From the sequence record NZ_KX443399.1: a stretch of 64,000 nt of DNA. One strand, written 5' to 3'. Numbering within the stretch: position 1 is the stretch's first letter; each line of letters starts with the position of its first letter. The notes under the pieces were generated by a model. It was not told the DNA's origin, ran no database searches, and saw nothing but the letters and a program-made list of their open reading frames with translations. Shown piece by piece: positions 37,352-47,243 of this stretch. The position numbers were made by a program, and so were the translations under genes. Source of the DNA: a plasmid.

Positions 37352-39193
37352 CTACAGCAGGCCGGTGCGCTGCATGAAGGACTTCGCGGCCGCCGTGTCC
37401 GGAAAACCCACCGACGTGATGATGAGTCCGCTGTCCATGCTGGCGAACTGAGTGTTGACGAGTCCGTTCTTGTCCTCAATTCGGGTTGCGGCTGTCCGGT
37501 TAGTGTTCTCGGACAGCAGTTCCGGCTTGTCGTACTCGCGCCATCCGAGAACGGTCTTCTTCGCCTCCGACTTATTGACACGTGCTGTGTAGGTGAGTGG
37601 AGCGAGCGGGTCCAGGCCTTGGGCGAGTGGTGAGTTTGTGTCGAGTCTGCATGTGACTGCCGCCTCCCCGTTGGCGGAGAATCCGGATACGAGGCAATCG
37701 CTTGCCCTTTCAAGGCTGGGCGGAAGAGCTGCGACGACCGATTCACGTGTAGCGGGATCGGCCCTAACTCCCGTCGAGGGTGTGGAGGAAGTCGATCCCG
37801 GCGCTGTCGACGGCAAGGATCCAGATGAGGACGACGCATTTGGGTCCCCCTCGCCGTTGCCGAGCGCCTGGGCGACGACGATGCCCCCACCGATGACCAC
37901 GACCGCGGCGAGCGCGGCGGCCCCGATGAGCAGGGGCTTGCGGGACTTCGCGGCAGTGGTGGGCTGGTCCACGTGCACGTCGGCAGGAAGTCGCTGCGGA
38001 GCAGGCTGCTGCGGACCGGCCCAGCTAGACGCGGGCACGGGTGTTGTGGGCGATGGCGTAGCCGGCGGTGCTGTGGGTGCCGGCGCCAGCGCCTGGGTGG
38101 CGATGAGTGCGCCGCGGGCGACGACGGTCTTGGGGTCGTCGAGGGTGGCGATCGGGCCGAGGGCGGCGAGGCGCTGGTGCACGAGCGGGATCCGTGAGGA
38201 GCCGCCGGTCAGGTAGAGGGCTTTGAGGTCGCCGCCGGTGATGCCGGCGTCGGCGAGGGTGGCCTGGGTGAGGGAGACGGCGCGGTCGATCTCGGGGGCG
38301 ATGAGGTCGTCGAACTCGTCGCGGGTCAGCGACAGGGTTTCCTGCTGGCCAGGGGCGGCGACGGTGATCGTCGCGGATGGGGCCTCGGACAGCAGCTCTT
38401 TCGCGCGGCGGATGGAGTCCTCGAGTGCGCGCAGCACGTTCACGGGTGCTTCTCGGCGCAGGTAGTCGAGAAGTTCGGGGTTGGATTCGCGGAGTTCCTG
38501 GTCGACCCAGCGGCGGATGATCGCGTCGAGGTTCTTGCCGCCGAGGCCGTTGTCGCCGCGGGCGGCGATGACGGTGAATCCGCCGGTGTCGGTGGCGGTG
38601 AGGACGGCGATGTCGAGGGTGCCGCCGCCGAAGTCGAACACCGCGATCTTCTCGCCCGCGGCGATGGTGTCGGTGCGGGTGTAGAAGTGCGCGGCCGCGC
38701 GGGGCTCGGACACTGTCGTGACGCGATCGCCGGTGAACCCGAGACGCCCCGCGGCCGACAGCAGGACCTGGATCTCCTGCGGGGACCAGCCTTCCGGGTG
38801 CGTGAGGACCAGGCGGGCCGGGGGTTGCCCGTCGTGCGCGGCGACCGCGCGGGCGAGGACGGCGCTCAGGATCGCGGCGATCGGGAGTGCGGGGTCGAGG
38901 TCGTAGCCGTTGAGGGAGAGCATCCCGTGGCCGATGACCCGCTTCGGGGAAGGCAGGAATCCGGCCGGGTTCGCTTCGGCGCGGTTGAGGGCGACCTCGC
39001 CGACGACGATCGTGTCTGGGGATTCGACGAACACCGCCGATGGGAGCAGGTTTCCGTGGTGGGAGAGCGGCAGGGTGGAGATGGTGCCGCCGATCGCGTC
39101 GGTGTGCGCGGCGGCGGTGTTCGAGGTGCCGAAATCGACTGCCAGTGACCAGGATTGCGGTGCCATTGCCTGTCCTCTTCCGTTCTCGTTCAT
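37352..39193 (-). CDS. Hsp70-family (actin-like ATPase) protein with a C-terminal TM segment and an extracytoplasmic domain
   Basis: 'LAVDFGTSNTAAA', 'IAVFDFGGGTLDIAVL' and 'LYLTGGSSRIP' match Hsp70 phosphate-1, phosphate-2 and adenosine motifs. A hydrophobic stretch 'LLIGAAALAAVVVIGGGIVVA' follows. Confidence 0.75.
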   Translation of the reverse strand: MNENGRGQAMAPQSWSLAVDFGTSNTAAAHTDAIGGTISTLPLSHHGNLLPSAVFVESPDTIVVGEVALNRAEANPAGFLPSPKRVIGHGMLSLNGYDLDPALPIAAILSAVLARAVAAHDGQPPARLVLTHPEGWSPQEIQVLLSAAGRLGFTGDRVTTVSEPRAAAHFYTRTDTIAAGEKIAVFDFGGGTLDIAVLTATDTGGFTVIAARGDNGLGGKNLDAIIRRWVDQELRESNPELLDYLRREAPVNVLRALEDSIRRAKELLSEAPSATITVAAPGQQETLSLTRDEFDDLIAPEIDRAVSLTQATLADAGITGGDLKALYLTGGSSRIPLVHQRLAALGPIATLDDPKTVVARGALIATQALAPAPTAPPATPSPTTPVPASSWAGPQQPAPQRLPADVHVDQPTTAAKSRKPLLIGAAALAAVVVIGGGIVVAQALGNGEGDPNASSSSGSLPSTAPGSTSSTPSTGVRADPATRESVVAALPPSLERASDCLVSGFSANGEAAVTCRLDTNSPLAQGLDPLAPLTYTARVNKSEAKKTVLGWREYDKPELLSENTNRTAATRIEDKNGLVNTQFASMDSGLIITSVGFPDTAAAKSFMQRTGLL

Positions 39194-40641
39194 CAGCGGC
39201 GGGCCATCATCGCGTAGGTGGCCAGCAGTGCGGTCAGTGCGGCGTCTTCGGCCGCGGACATCGTGGAGATCGACTGCCGCTGCACCCAGGCCAACCGCTC
39301 GGCGATCGCCGCCTGCACGTCGGGGTGTCCGGCGGCCGGGGTGAGGCCGACGCGTTCGGCATCAGTGGTGCCGAGCAGGATCCGGTTCAGTTCGTCGACG
39401 ACGGGGGAGTCGGGGTCGGCGGCGAGCATGCCGCGCAGGCACCCGAACAGCACGACGTCATCCATCACCGGTTCGCGGCGCACCTGGTGGACGATGAGCC
39501 GGATGTGGTCGCGCTGGGGGTGGGTGTAGGCGAGCTGCTCGAGCTCGTGGACGATCCGGCCGGCGCGGTGGATCGCGGCGAACCGGCCCAACGTCTGGTG
39601 CAGGACCTGCTGCAACGTCGCGATCCCGGAGCGGTCGGAGAGCCACTGGTTCAGCGCGTGCGCGCCGCCGGTGGCGGCGCCGCGGCCGCGGATTAGCCCG
39701 TATTCGCCGACCAGGTCGAGCAGCCGGTCCCGCAGCTCCGGGGTCAGCGGGGCGGGAGTGTCGGAGTCGACGAGGTCGATCAGCTCGAACGGATCCAACC
39801 CCGCGAGGGCGGCGACGGCGCGGGCGTCGGCCTCGGTGAGCCGGCCGGTGTGGCTGGTCTCGGCCAACAGGCCCGCGACCGGAAGCACGGTCAGCACGGT
39901 GCCGTCGAGGGCGCGGGCGAGGGTCTGCGCGTACTCGTGGGCGTGGCCGAGCGGATCACGCTGCCCGAGCGCGCCTTCCCCGAACCCATCCGCGCGCGAC
40001 AGCACGCCCAATGTGTTGAGCGGGGTGAATCCGAGCTGACGCAGAAAGCTGATCTCGTCGGCGCGCGGCACCGAGTCGAACAGGAACACCGCGGCATCGG
40101 CATCGACGGAGGCGGAGCGGGTCTGCTCGAACCCGTCGATCAGCGCCCGCCGGGTTGCGGCGTCGTTCTCCACCGTCAGGGTGGCGAGGCCCGGGGTGTC
40201 GATCAGGGCGAGGTCGCGGATCGCGGCTGAGGGCAGGAACCGGTGCACGTAGGCGATCTCGGTGACTGGCCGGCCGAGGTCGGTGGCGTGGCCGCGTTCG
40301 ATCGGACGCTGTGTCCGCTGGCCGTCGAGGCCGACGACCTCAATCCGCGAGGGTGCCCCGTCCTGGTAGACGGCGACGACGTTGGTGGCCTCGAGCGCCG
40401 CGGTCTCGGCGACCGGCGCCCCGATCAGCGCGTTCACCAGCGTCGACTTGCCCGCCTTCAACCGCCCGACGACAACCACCCGGGGCGGTGACCACAGCGT
40501 CCGGCCGATCCGGTTCGCGTGCGCGACCAGATCCCCACCGAGACCGGCGAGGGCGTGCAGGCTCCGGTCGAGGACCGCACGCACCGGATCGAGCACCGGC
40601 TGCCCCGGCGGCAACTGCTGCGGGATGCTCGGATGCACCAT
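39193..40641 (-). CDS. Bacterial dynamin-like GTPase
   Basis: P-loop 'GRLKAGKSTLVNALIG' and switch 'DTPG'. Confidence 0.7.
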   Translation of the reverse strand: MVHPSIPQQLPPGQPVLDPVRAVLDRSLHALAGLGGDLVAHANRIGRTLWSPPRVVVVGRLKAGKSTLVNALIGAPVAETAALEATNVVAVYQDGAPSRIEVVGLDGQRTQRPIERGHATDLGRPVTEIAYVHRFLPSAAIRDLALIDTPGLATLTVENDAATRRALIDGFEQTRSASVDADAAVFLFDSVPRADEISFLRQLGFTPLNTLGVLSRADGFGEGALGQRDPLGHAHEYAQTLARALDGTVLTVLPVAGLLAETSHTGRLTEADARAVAALAGLDPFELIDLVDSDTPAPLTPELRDRLLDLVGEYGLIRGRGAATGGAHALNQWLSDRSGIATLQQVLHQTLGRFAAIHRAGRIVHELEQLAYTHPQRDHIRLIVHQVRREPVMDDVVLFGCLRGMLAADPDSPVVDELNRILLGTTDAERVGLTPAAGHPDVQAAIAERLAWVQRQSISTMSAAEDAALTALLATYAMMARR

Positions 40642-42546
40642 CTATGCCACCCCCGCAGTGCTGGTGGCCGGCGCCTGCGCGGCCGCGGTCAGCTGGGCGA
40701 TGACGTTCTCGATCTCCTGGCACTTGGTGGTGATCACCCGCTGGTTCTTCGACAGCCGAGTGACCGTCGCCTCCCGGGTGGCTGCGTCGAGGCGGGCAGC
40801 TTCCTTCGCGTCGGCGATCTGCGCCTGGACCTGCTCCATCGTCGTCTTCACATGGTCCCGGTAGCGGATGACGATCTCGGGCCGGCTCATCGACAGCGTC
40901 GCCTCGAGCATCCGGGCCGTCGTCAAGCGGGCGGTGGCCAGGGTTTCCCGCAGCCAGGACAGCAGATTCGACTTCCCGCTGCGCATCGCCTTCCAGCCCA
41001 GGTTCACCCCGACCCAGACGACCCCGGCCACCGCGCCGACACCGATCAGCGCGCCGAGCATGCTGGTGCCGATCATGCCCATCGTCAAGATCGACGGATC
41101 CAACAGCCCCTGACGCTTGCTGGCCACCTCACCGGTCGTCAGCCGCGGATCCAGCGATGCAATGACCTGCTGCTCGATCTCCGCCCACACGACCTCGGAG
41201 TCGAACAGTTGCATGACGATCGCCCGGACGCCATCGAGGAACGCCTGCACGGCGGCGGTCATCGCGCCCTGGAGATCCTTTTCGATCTGCGCGGTGAAGT
41301 GCTGCGGATTGCGTCGCAGCACCGCCATCCCGGACTTGTTGATCGTTGTCGTCCACCGGGCCTTGATCTCCTCGAGGCGTTCGTCGAGCACCGCCAGCGC
41401 GGCCTGCCGGGCGAGGGTGAGGTCCCTGCCGAGATACTGCTCCCACTGCCCGGAGTGGTCCTTCAGCTCCTGAAGCCGGTCTCGTTCGGCGGTCAGCTCC
41501 GGCAACGCGGCACCGGAATCCTGCGCGATCGCGATGTCGGCGGCGTTCTTCGCGTTGATCTTCCGCAGCCCCTCGAGCGCGGTCCGCAACCCGTCGGCGG
41601 CGGGCAGCGCGGCTCCGAGGTCGAGCCGAGCGCGGATCTCCGCCCGTAGCTCCGCGATCCCCGAGGCCCGTTCCCCGGCCAGGCGGCGGGCCGGATCGGC
41701 GTGGTCGGCCGCGGCGAGCGCGCGCAACGAGGACACCCCGATGACCGGGATCTGCCTGCGCAGATGCTCCTGAAACAGGCGGCGGTTCTCGGCGGCGATC
41801 GGCTGCCACCGCCGTAGGTTCTTGTCCGTCTTCGTCACGGCGACCACGACGGAATCCACTGTCGCCGAGGCACCGCGGATGAACTCCATTTCCGGCGCCG
41901 TGAGCGGGGTCGTCGCATCACACACGACCACGAGCACGCACGCGGTTTCGGCGGTGCGGGCGGCGAGCTGCGCGTGCGCCGGATCCAGACCACCCGCACC
42001 GGGGGTGTCGACGACGACCGCGCCGCCGAGAAGGTCGGTCGCGGTGGCCACCACCGCACCGGTCGGCAGCACCTCGGTGCCCGGGTCGACCACGCGCCGC
42101 CCGCTGGTGGTGATCCAGTCGGCCAGCTCGGCGCGGTCGATGCGCTGCACCCCGCCCGGGATCAGCAGCTCCGCGGCGCCGGCGGGGAGGGTGTCGGTGG
42201 CCGGGACGAAGTGCACCGTCGCCGACGTCGACGACGCGACATCGACCGGGGACGCCCCACGCTCTCCGATCAGGGCGTTCACCAGCGACGACTTTCCGCG
42301 CTTGACCTCACCGACCACGACCACCGACCGGGTTTGGGTGTCCGCGCGTGCCTTCGCTTCCGCGAGATCGGCGGTCGCCGCGTAGCTGTATTTCCGCAGG
42401 ATCGACACCGCCGACGTGAGCACGGATGACGCCTGGTCATCGAGAGAGAGGCTGGTCGGTGCGGTCGATAGTGCAGGCACGGCGGCAGCCGACGACGCGA
42501 CAGATCCCCCAGACGATTCCACGACACTTCCCCCAGATGGTCCCAA
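40642..42546 (-). CDS. Bacterial dynamin-like GTPase (second member of the pair)
   Basis: P-loop 'GEVKRGKSSLVNALIG', 'VVDTPGAGG', followed by a long alpha-helical stalk. Confidence 0.7.
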   Translation of the reverse strand: MGPSGGSVVESSGGSVASSAAAVPALSTAPTSLSLDDQASSVLTSAVSILRKYSYAATADLAEAKARADTQTRSVVVVGEVKRGKSSLVNALIGERGASPVDVASSTSATVHFVPATDTLPAGAAELLIPGGVQRIDRAELADWITTSGRRVVDPGTEVLPTGAVVATATDLLGGAVVVDTPGAGGLDPAHAQLAARTAETACVLVVVCDATTPLTAPEMEFIRGASATVDSVVVAVTKTDKNLRRWQPIAAENRRLFQEHLRRQIPVIGVSSLRALAAADHADPARRLAGERASGIAELRAEIRARLDLGAALPAADGLRTALEGLRKINAKNAADIAIAQDSGAALPELTAERDRLQELKDHSGQWEQYLGRDLTLARQAALAVLDERLEEIKARWTTTINKSGMAVLRRNPQHFTAQIEKDLQGAMTAAVQAFLDGVRAIVMQLFDSEVVWAEIEQQVIASLDPRLTTGEVASKRQGLLDPSILTMGMIGTSMLGALIGVGAVAGVVWVGVNLGWKAMRSGKSNLLSWLRETLATARLTTARMLEATLSMSRPEIVIRYRDHVKTTMEQVQAQIADAKEAARLDAATREATVTRLSKNQRVITTKCQEIENVIAQLTAAAQAPATSTAGVA

Positions 42547-42672
42547 CCCCGCGCGGATCCCCCAGTTGATCCACGACCGTCCTAGAGGCTAACCACCCCG
42601 CCCGGAAAGCCGTGCAGGCGGCCCAATTGCGCAGGCACCGCACGAACCAGAAGGGCCGGACAGGCGATCTCG

Positions 42673-42709
42673 GGAACCTTCTCGTGGCCGATTGCATCTG
42701 ACTGAGTGA
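42673..42709 (+). promoter_or_regulatory. ECF-type promoter, copy 3
   Basis: GGAACCTTCTCGTGGCCGATTGCATCTGACTGAGTGA. Confidence 0.6.
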
Positions 42710-42759
42710 CGCGATCGGAAGAACCGTCCTCGCGAACTTCGGAAGGAATCGAGCAGGCC

Positions 42760-43341
42760 ATGACTACTCCCGCACCGCAGAACACCGGCACCACGAGCGA
42801 GTCGAGCATCCCGGAGGCGACGTTCTCGTTTGGGGCGTCGGGCTCTGTCGCGGGCTCGTCGGTCGATGCGTTCGAGGTCGACCTGAGCGACATGCTCGAT
42901 GGCCCGGGTTCGAGCGAGGTGTCGATGCAGTCCTTCGATGGCGGTATCGCTGCCGGGGGAGGGATTTCGGTCGGGGGCGGTGTCGAGGTCTCCATCGGCG
43001 CACCGGGCGGGATCCCCGAGGTCAGCATCGACGCGGGCGGCCAGTTCGCCGCCGATGGCCAGTACGGGGCGTACGGCAGCTACGACGATGTCGACCTGAG
43101 CGTCGACGCCGACACCGGCGAGAGCGAGGTGTCGATCGACTCCGCTGAAGCTGGGCTGTCTGGGTACGGAGGTGCGGCCGGCGGCGTCGAGTTCGGTGTC
43201 GATCTCGGTGTGAGCCCGCTCGACGCTGTCCCGGAGGTCGCTGTCGATACCGGGTTCGAGTTCGCCGCGGACAACGGATTCGACATCGGTGGCGGCTACG
43301 AGCACGTCGAGATCACCCAGGACGACGGCGCCGCGATGTGA
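42760..43341 (+). CDS. Acidic Gly/Ser/Asp-rich repetitive protein
   Basis: Repeats of 'VS.D...GG...'. Sits 50 bp downstream of ECF promoter 3. Confidence 0.45.
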   Translation: MTTPAPQNTGTTSESSIPEATFSFGASGSVAGSSVDAFEVDLSDMLDGPGSSEVSMQSFDGGIAAGGGISVGGGVEVSIGAPGGIPEVSIDAGGQFAADGQYGAYGSYDDVDLSVDADTGESEVSIDSAEAGLSGYGGAAGGVEFGVDLGVSPLDAVPEVAVDTGFEFAADNGFDIGGGYEHVEITQDDGAAM

Positions 43342-43358
43342 CAGGGCAGCGCATTCCC

Positions 43359-43396
43359 GGGAACCTTTTGCCTTCTCGCTGCATCAGACCTTGTGA
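43359..43396 (+). promoter_or_regulatory. ECF-type promoter, copy 4
   Basis: GGAACCTTTTGCCTTCTCGCTGCATCAGACCTTGTGA. Confidence 0.6.
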
Positions 43397-43487
43397 GCAC
43401 CAAAACCGGGGGAGCGGACCTGCGCCGCGCGTAGCGCGCATCGGCCCGCCGAGCTGCACGAACGAACACCTACGGAGGGAAGAGACG

Positions 43488-44699
43488 ATGCGAGTGAAGA
43501 TCGCACCGATAGCTGCGGCCGCGGCCGCCACGGCGGTCCTGTTGACCGGGTGCGGCACCGGATCCGCTGACGAGCCGGCGCCGGAGCAGGTGGCGGGCGA
43601 CGTCGCGGTGGTCGATGCGAGCATCCTCGACACCGGCGGCTTCCGGACCACCCCGCAGGCGCAGTTCACCACGATCGGTGACGACTTCCGGGGCCGCTCG
43701 ATCGAGGGCCAGCGGATGGCCGAGTACGTGGTCAATCCGATCGAGATCGACCCGCAGCTGACGGACCTGACCGAGATGTCGACGTACGTCATCAAGGACG
43801 GCAAGTCTCTGAGCACCCTGCTGCCGGACCCGATCCCGCAGGCCGCCGTCGACAACGGCATGCTCGCCGGGTTCTCCTCGGCCCGCTCCACGGCCGGCCG
43901 CGAGGACGATCAGTCCCTGATCAACGCCGTCCTCCGATTCCCGGACGCCGCAACCGCGCAGAAGGCCGCTACCGCGCTGCACGAGGCGACGATGACCACC
44001 GACTACGGCGCCGGGCTGCCGCAGGCGGGTGCGATCGACGTCCTGCCCAGCACGCTGGTCAGCAACCGCGAAACGGCCGGTGAGATCGCCACCAACGCGT
44101 TCACCCCGTACAACGAGTACGTCCTCTACCAGTGGACGAACACCCCCGTCGCGGAGAAGGACTGGGCGGCGAAGACCATCGCGAAGACCGTCCGCGATCA
44201 GGGCCCGCTGATCGAGAAGTTCGCGGCCACCGCGCCGGGCGACTTCGCGAACATCAAGGTCGACGTCGACAGCGTGCTGCGTCTGACGATCCCGACCGAG
44301 CGCACCTCGACGAGCGAGTTCGCCGTCTACGGCCCGCGCGGCGCTTCGCACTTCGCGAACGATCCGGCCACCAAGCTCGCGATGTTCGAGGCCACCGGCA
44401 CTACCCGCCAGGCCGTCGACCAGACCACCGTCTACCTCTCCCAGACGGAAGAGGGCTCGAAGAAGCTCGCCGAGCAGATGGGCGCTGCCTTCGAGACCGG
44501 CAGCGGCCTGACCCCGACCACGGCGCCGGCGAACGTCCCGAACGCCAAGTGCTGGACCAAGGACACCCCGCAAGGGGTGGGAACCAAGTGCCTCGTTCAG
44601 CACGGGCAGTACGTCGGCGAGATCACCACGATGGACAACGAGAAGCAGGCCCACCAGCTCACCGCCGCGCAGTACCTGATTCTCACCTCGCCGAAGTGA
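43488..44699 (+). CDS. Lipoprotein (403 aa)
   Basis: 'MRVKIAPIAAAAAATAVLLTGCGTGS' contains a lipobox. RBS GGAGGGAAGAG. Confidence 0.65.
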   Translation: MRVKIAPIAAAAAATAVLLTGCGTGSADEPAPEQVAGDVAVVDASILDTGGFRTTPQAQFTTIGDDFRGRSIEGQRMAEYVVNPIEIDPQLTDLTEMSTYVIKDGKSLSTLLPDPIPQAAVDNGMLAGFSSARSTAGREDDQSLINAVLRFPDAATAQKAATALHEATMTTDYGAGLPQAGAIDVLPSTLVSNRETAGEIATNAFTPYNEYVLYQWTNTPVAEKDWAAKTIAKTVRDQGPLIEKFAATAPGDFANIKVDVDSVLRLTIPTERTSTSEFAVYGPRGASHFANDPATKLAMFEATGTTRQAVDQTTVYLSQTEEGSKKLAEQMGAAFETGSGLTPTTAPANVPNAKCWTKDTPQGVGTKCLVQHGQYVGEITTMDNEKQAHQLTAAQYLILTSPK

Positions 44700-45246
44700 T
44701 CGCCTGATCCACACCGTATTTCAGCGCGTCGCACACCGTGGCTACACTCGTCGCTGACAGAAAACGACCGCGCCGATCGTGATCCCCCAGATCCCCAGGC
44801 GCGGCGCGCGGGATGCGCTGTCCCCCAGACACCCGCGCAGTGCCCCGGCCGTCCTTCCCCGGACGCCGGGGCACACCCCTATCCAGGGGTTGTCAGCATC
44901 GGATTGGTGAGATGACGGGAGGCGCCACTCCAGAGTTTTACGCCCCCCGCCACGCAGCATCCGCACCCAGTCGGGGTTGAGCGCGCGATGCCACGGCGTC
45001 GGCGGAGCCCCCACCAAAGGCCCTCCCCGCCGACACGAGCGAGAACACTAGCCGACAGAGCGCTGCCGCCGATCTATTCAAATGACCGAAAGGCGTTGCC
45101 GTGATGACGATCTGAATCGCTCGTGCAGGACGTCCGCGTGCATTCCCGCAAAGTCATACCGAGTACGTGGCGCCACCGTGCGCTGTGCACGGAACTGGTC
45201 GTTGCTTTCCCCTCTGCATATGCGGTGATCACCTACGATCTGCCCA

Positions 45247-45729
45247 ATGCGCAGACTCACAGCAGCTGGATTCCTCAGCACCGCCGCCGCTCTTGTTCTC
45301 GCGGCGCCCGCCTATGCGGCAGCACTACCGGCTCCTACGATTGCTGCGGAGGTCACCGGCGACGCCGTCACGGTCACCTTCACCGCACCGGAGGAAAGTA
45401 GTTGGTGTGGCAATGGAGTTATGTCCCGTGACGTAGCCGATGCGCTTGTCGAGCAGCTCGGCACGCTGTCTCCTGGTGGAGGGTTCGCCTTCCCGGAAGA
45501 TCGCGTGTGGCCGGTGGCCGTAGGTGATGACGGCGCGATGATCGACGGAGGAGAGACCTCCACGGTCACCATCGCGGGCATGAAAGACGGCAAGTACACC
45601 GCCATCACGGTCTGCACGGCATTCATCGACGGCCAGCATCAAACCTCGTACTTGGCTGCCCCGTTCCAGATCGGTGGCTCCACAGGCAGCCTGGGGAGTC
45701 TGAACCAGTTCGATTTCCTCGGTTCCTGA
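45247..45729 (+). CDS. Secreted protein
   Basis: Signal peptide 'FLSTAAALVLAAPAYAAALPAP'. Confidence 0.5.
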   Translation: MRRLTAAGFLSTAAALVLAAPAYAAALPAPTIAAEVTGDAVTVTFTAPEESSWCGNGVMSRDVADALVEQLGTLSPGGGFAFPEDRVWPVAVGDDGAMIDGGETSTVTIAGMKDGKYTAITVCTAFIDGQHQTSYLAAPFQIGGSTGSLGSLNQFDFLGS

Positions 45730-46049
45730 GCCAGCCACAGCGGGCTGGCCAGGGCAGACGGGACCGGATGAGTTCATCGGGGACATGCCCTGAGCGTGAA
45801 GAAGGACCGGGTGCGTTCGGTCGCCTCTCGGCGATGGGCGCAACGCAGCTCCAGCCGTACGGAACTCTGCGAGGGCAAGGGTTTGAGCCCGGGGGACACG
45901 GAACGCAACCGATCCAGCCATCTCAACGTCGGCCCTGGCGCACCTATTCCGAAAGCTCCGTGACCTGTACCACCGCGGTCGTAGGCTGGTGTGCATCGTC
46001 GGCCTGCGCCGAGGTCGGGAGCGGGGCCGCCAGAGCTGGAGGTTCACCG

Positions 46050-46454
46050 ATGAACCGTCTTCGTCGAGCGGTCGTCGTCGCTGGAGCCGGTGCTGTGCTG
46101 CTGTTGACAGCGCAACCGGCGGCCGCCGCACCGACGGACACCGTCTTCCCGATCCCGGTGGTGTGGGTCGGACGCGGGGTGACCAATCTCCCCGGAGGGG
46201 ACATCGAACACATCACCGCGAGCACTGATCCGGCGACGCCGGGTGTCACCCGGTTCACCGGGACGCCCTACGCGGTCCATTGGCGCAACCTCTCGACCGG
46301 CGCGAACGGCAGCGTGATCGTGGAGTGGCCGAGCGTCGAAGTCCACACCGGGCCCGGCATCGTCGTCGCCACCGCCACCCCTTCGGAAGTCATGCTCGCC
46401 GCGTGGTCGGGGTTGACTCTGCTGGCCGGTGCTGGTGGCTGGGTGGTGCCCTGA
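46050..46454 (+). CDS. Secreted protein
   Basis: RBS GGAGG and signal peptide 'VVVAGAGAVLLLTAQPAAAAP'. Confidence 0.5.
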   Translation: MNRLRRAVVVAGAGAVLLLTAQPAAAAPTDTVFPIPVVWVGRGVTNLPGGDIEHITASTDPATPGVTRFTGTPYAVHWRNLSTGANGSVIVEWPSVEVHTGPGIVVATATPSEVMLAAWSGLTLLAGAGGWVVP

Positions 46455-46457
46455 CGG

Positions 46458-47243
46458 TCAAGGTTTCGTTCGGGTGGTGCCCCAGTCGAAGCCGAGGTTG
46501 TCGAGTTCGGTGATGCGGTCCGGGGTGAGTGACGGGCGGCCGTGGCGGCGGTCGACGCGGCGGGTGGTGACCCATAGCCCGAGGCGGAATCCGTCGGAGC
46601 AGGTGAACCGGTGGGGGACGCGGGCGTGCCCGTGCTCGGCGACGTAGTCGGAGAGATGGGCGACAGCGTTCGTCCACCTCTGCTGCTCGACCGTTGCGCG
46701 GCCCGTTGCCTGGCCCCAGTCGAACCCGAGCGCGTCGAGATGGGCGATCCGCTCGGGGGTCAAGGTCGGGGTCTGGCTGCGTCGTTCGGTGCGGCGCCGG
46801 CTCACCCATGCTCCGAGTCGGAATCCGTCCTCGCATACCCAGCGGTGCGGCACGTCGAGGTTCCCGTGCTCGTCCCGGTACCGGGTCAGGCGCGCGAGAG
46901 TGGCGGCCCACTGCTCGGCGAAGCCGTCGACGGAGCGGCCGGGCCGGGGTGGCGCCCAATCGAACCCGAGCGCGTCGAGCTGCGCGATCCGCTCCGGTGT
47001 GAGGCGGTTCGCGCCGAGGCGGCGGTCCTCGCGGCGGTGCATCACCCACGACGCCAACCGCATCCCGTCCGCGCACACGTACCCCTTCGGGACGCGGGCG
47101 TGGCCGTGTTCGGCGATGAACGCCTCGAGGTGCGCGATGCCGTCCGCCCACAACTGCGCTGGTGTCTTCCCGGCCCGCCTGTCCGGTCGGGCCGGCACCA
47201 TTTCCGGATCGGTGGTGGCCGCGGCCCGGGGTGCTACTCGCAC
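46458..47243 (-). CDS. Helicase-associated (HA) domain repeat protein
   Basis: Three repeats of 'W...HL..F...HGHARVP....C.DGFRLG.WV..RR......LTPERI..LDALGFDW'. Confidence 0.7.
   Translation of the reverse strand: MRVAPRAAATTDPEMVPARPDRRAGKTPAQLWADGIAHLEAFIAEHGHARVPKGYVCADGMRLASWVMHRREDRRLGANRLTPERIAQLDALGFDWAPPRPGRSVDGFAEQWAATLARLTRYRDEHGNLDVPHRWVCEDGFRLGAWVSRRRTERRSQTPTLTPERIAHLDALGFDWGQATGRATVEQQRWTNAVAHLSDYVAEHGHARVPHRFTCSDGFRLGLWVTTRRVDRRHGRPSLTPDRITELDNLGFDWGTTRTKP

Noticed and set aside
40519-41649. 376-aa plus-strand ORF
   Set aside because: Antisense to the second dynamin-like GTPase gene.
45190-45235. Possible sixth ECF-type promoter (GGAAC...GCATATGCGGTGA) upstream of the secreted-protein gene at 45247
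   Set aside because: The spacer between GGAAC and GCAT is 20 nt, not the invariant 16 nt of the five confirmed copies.
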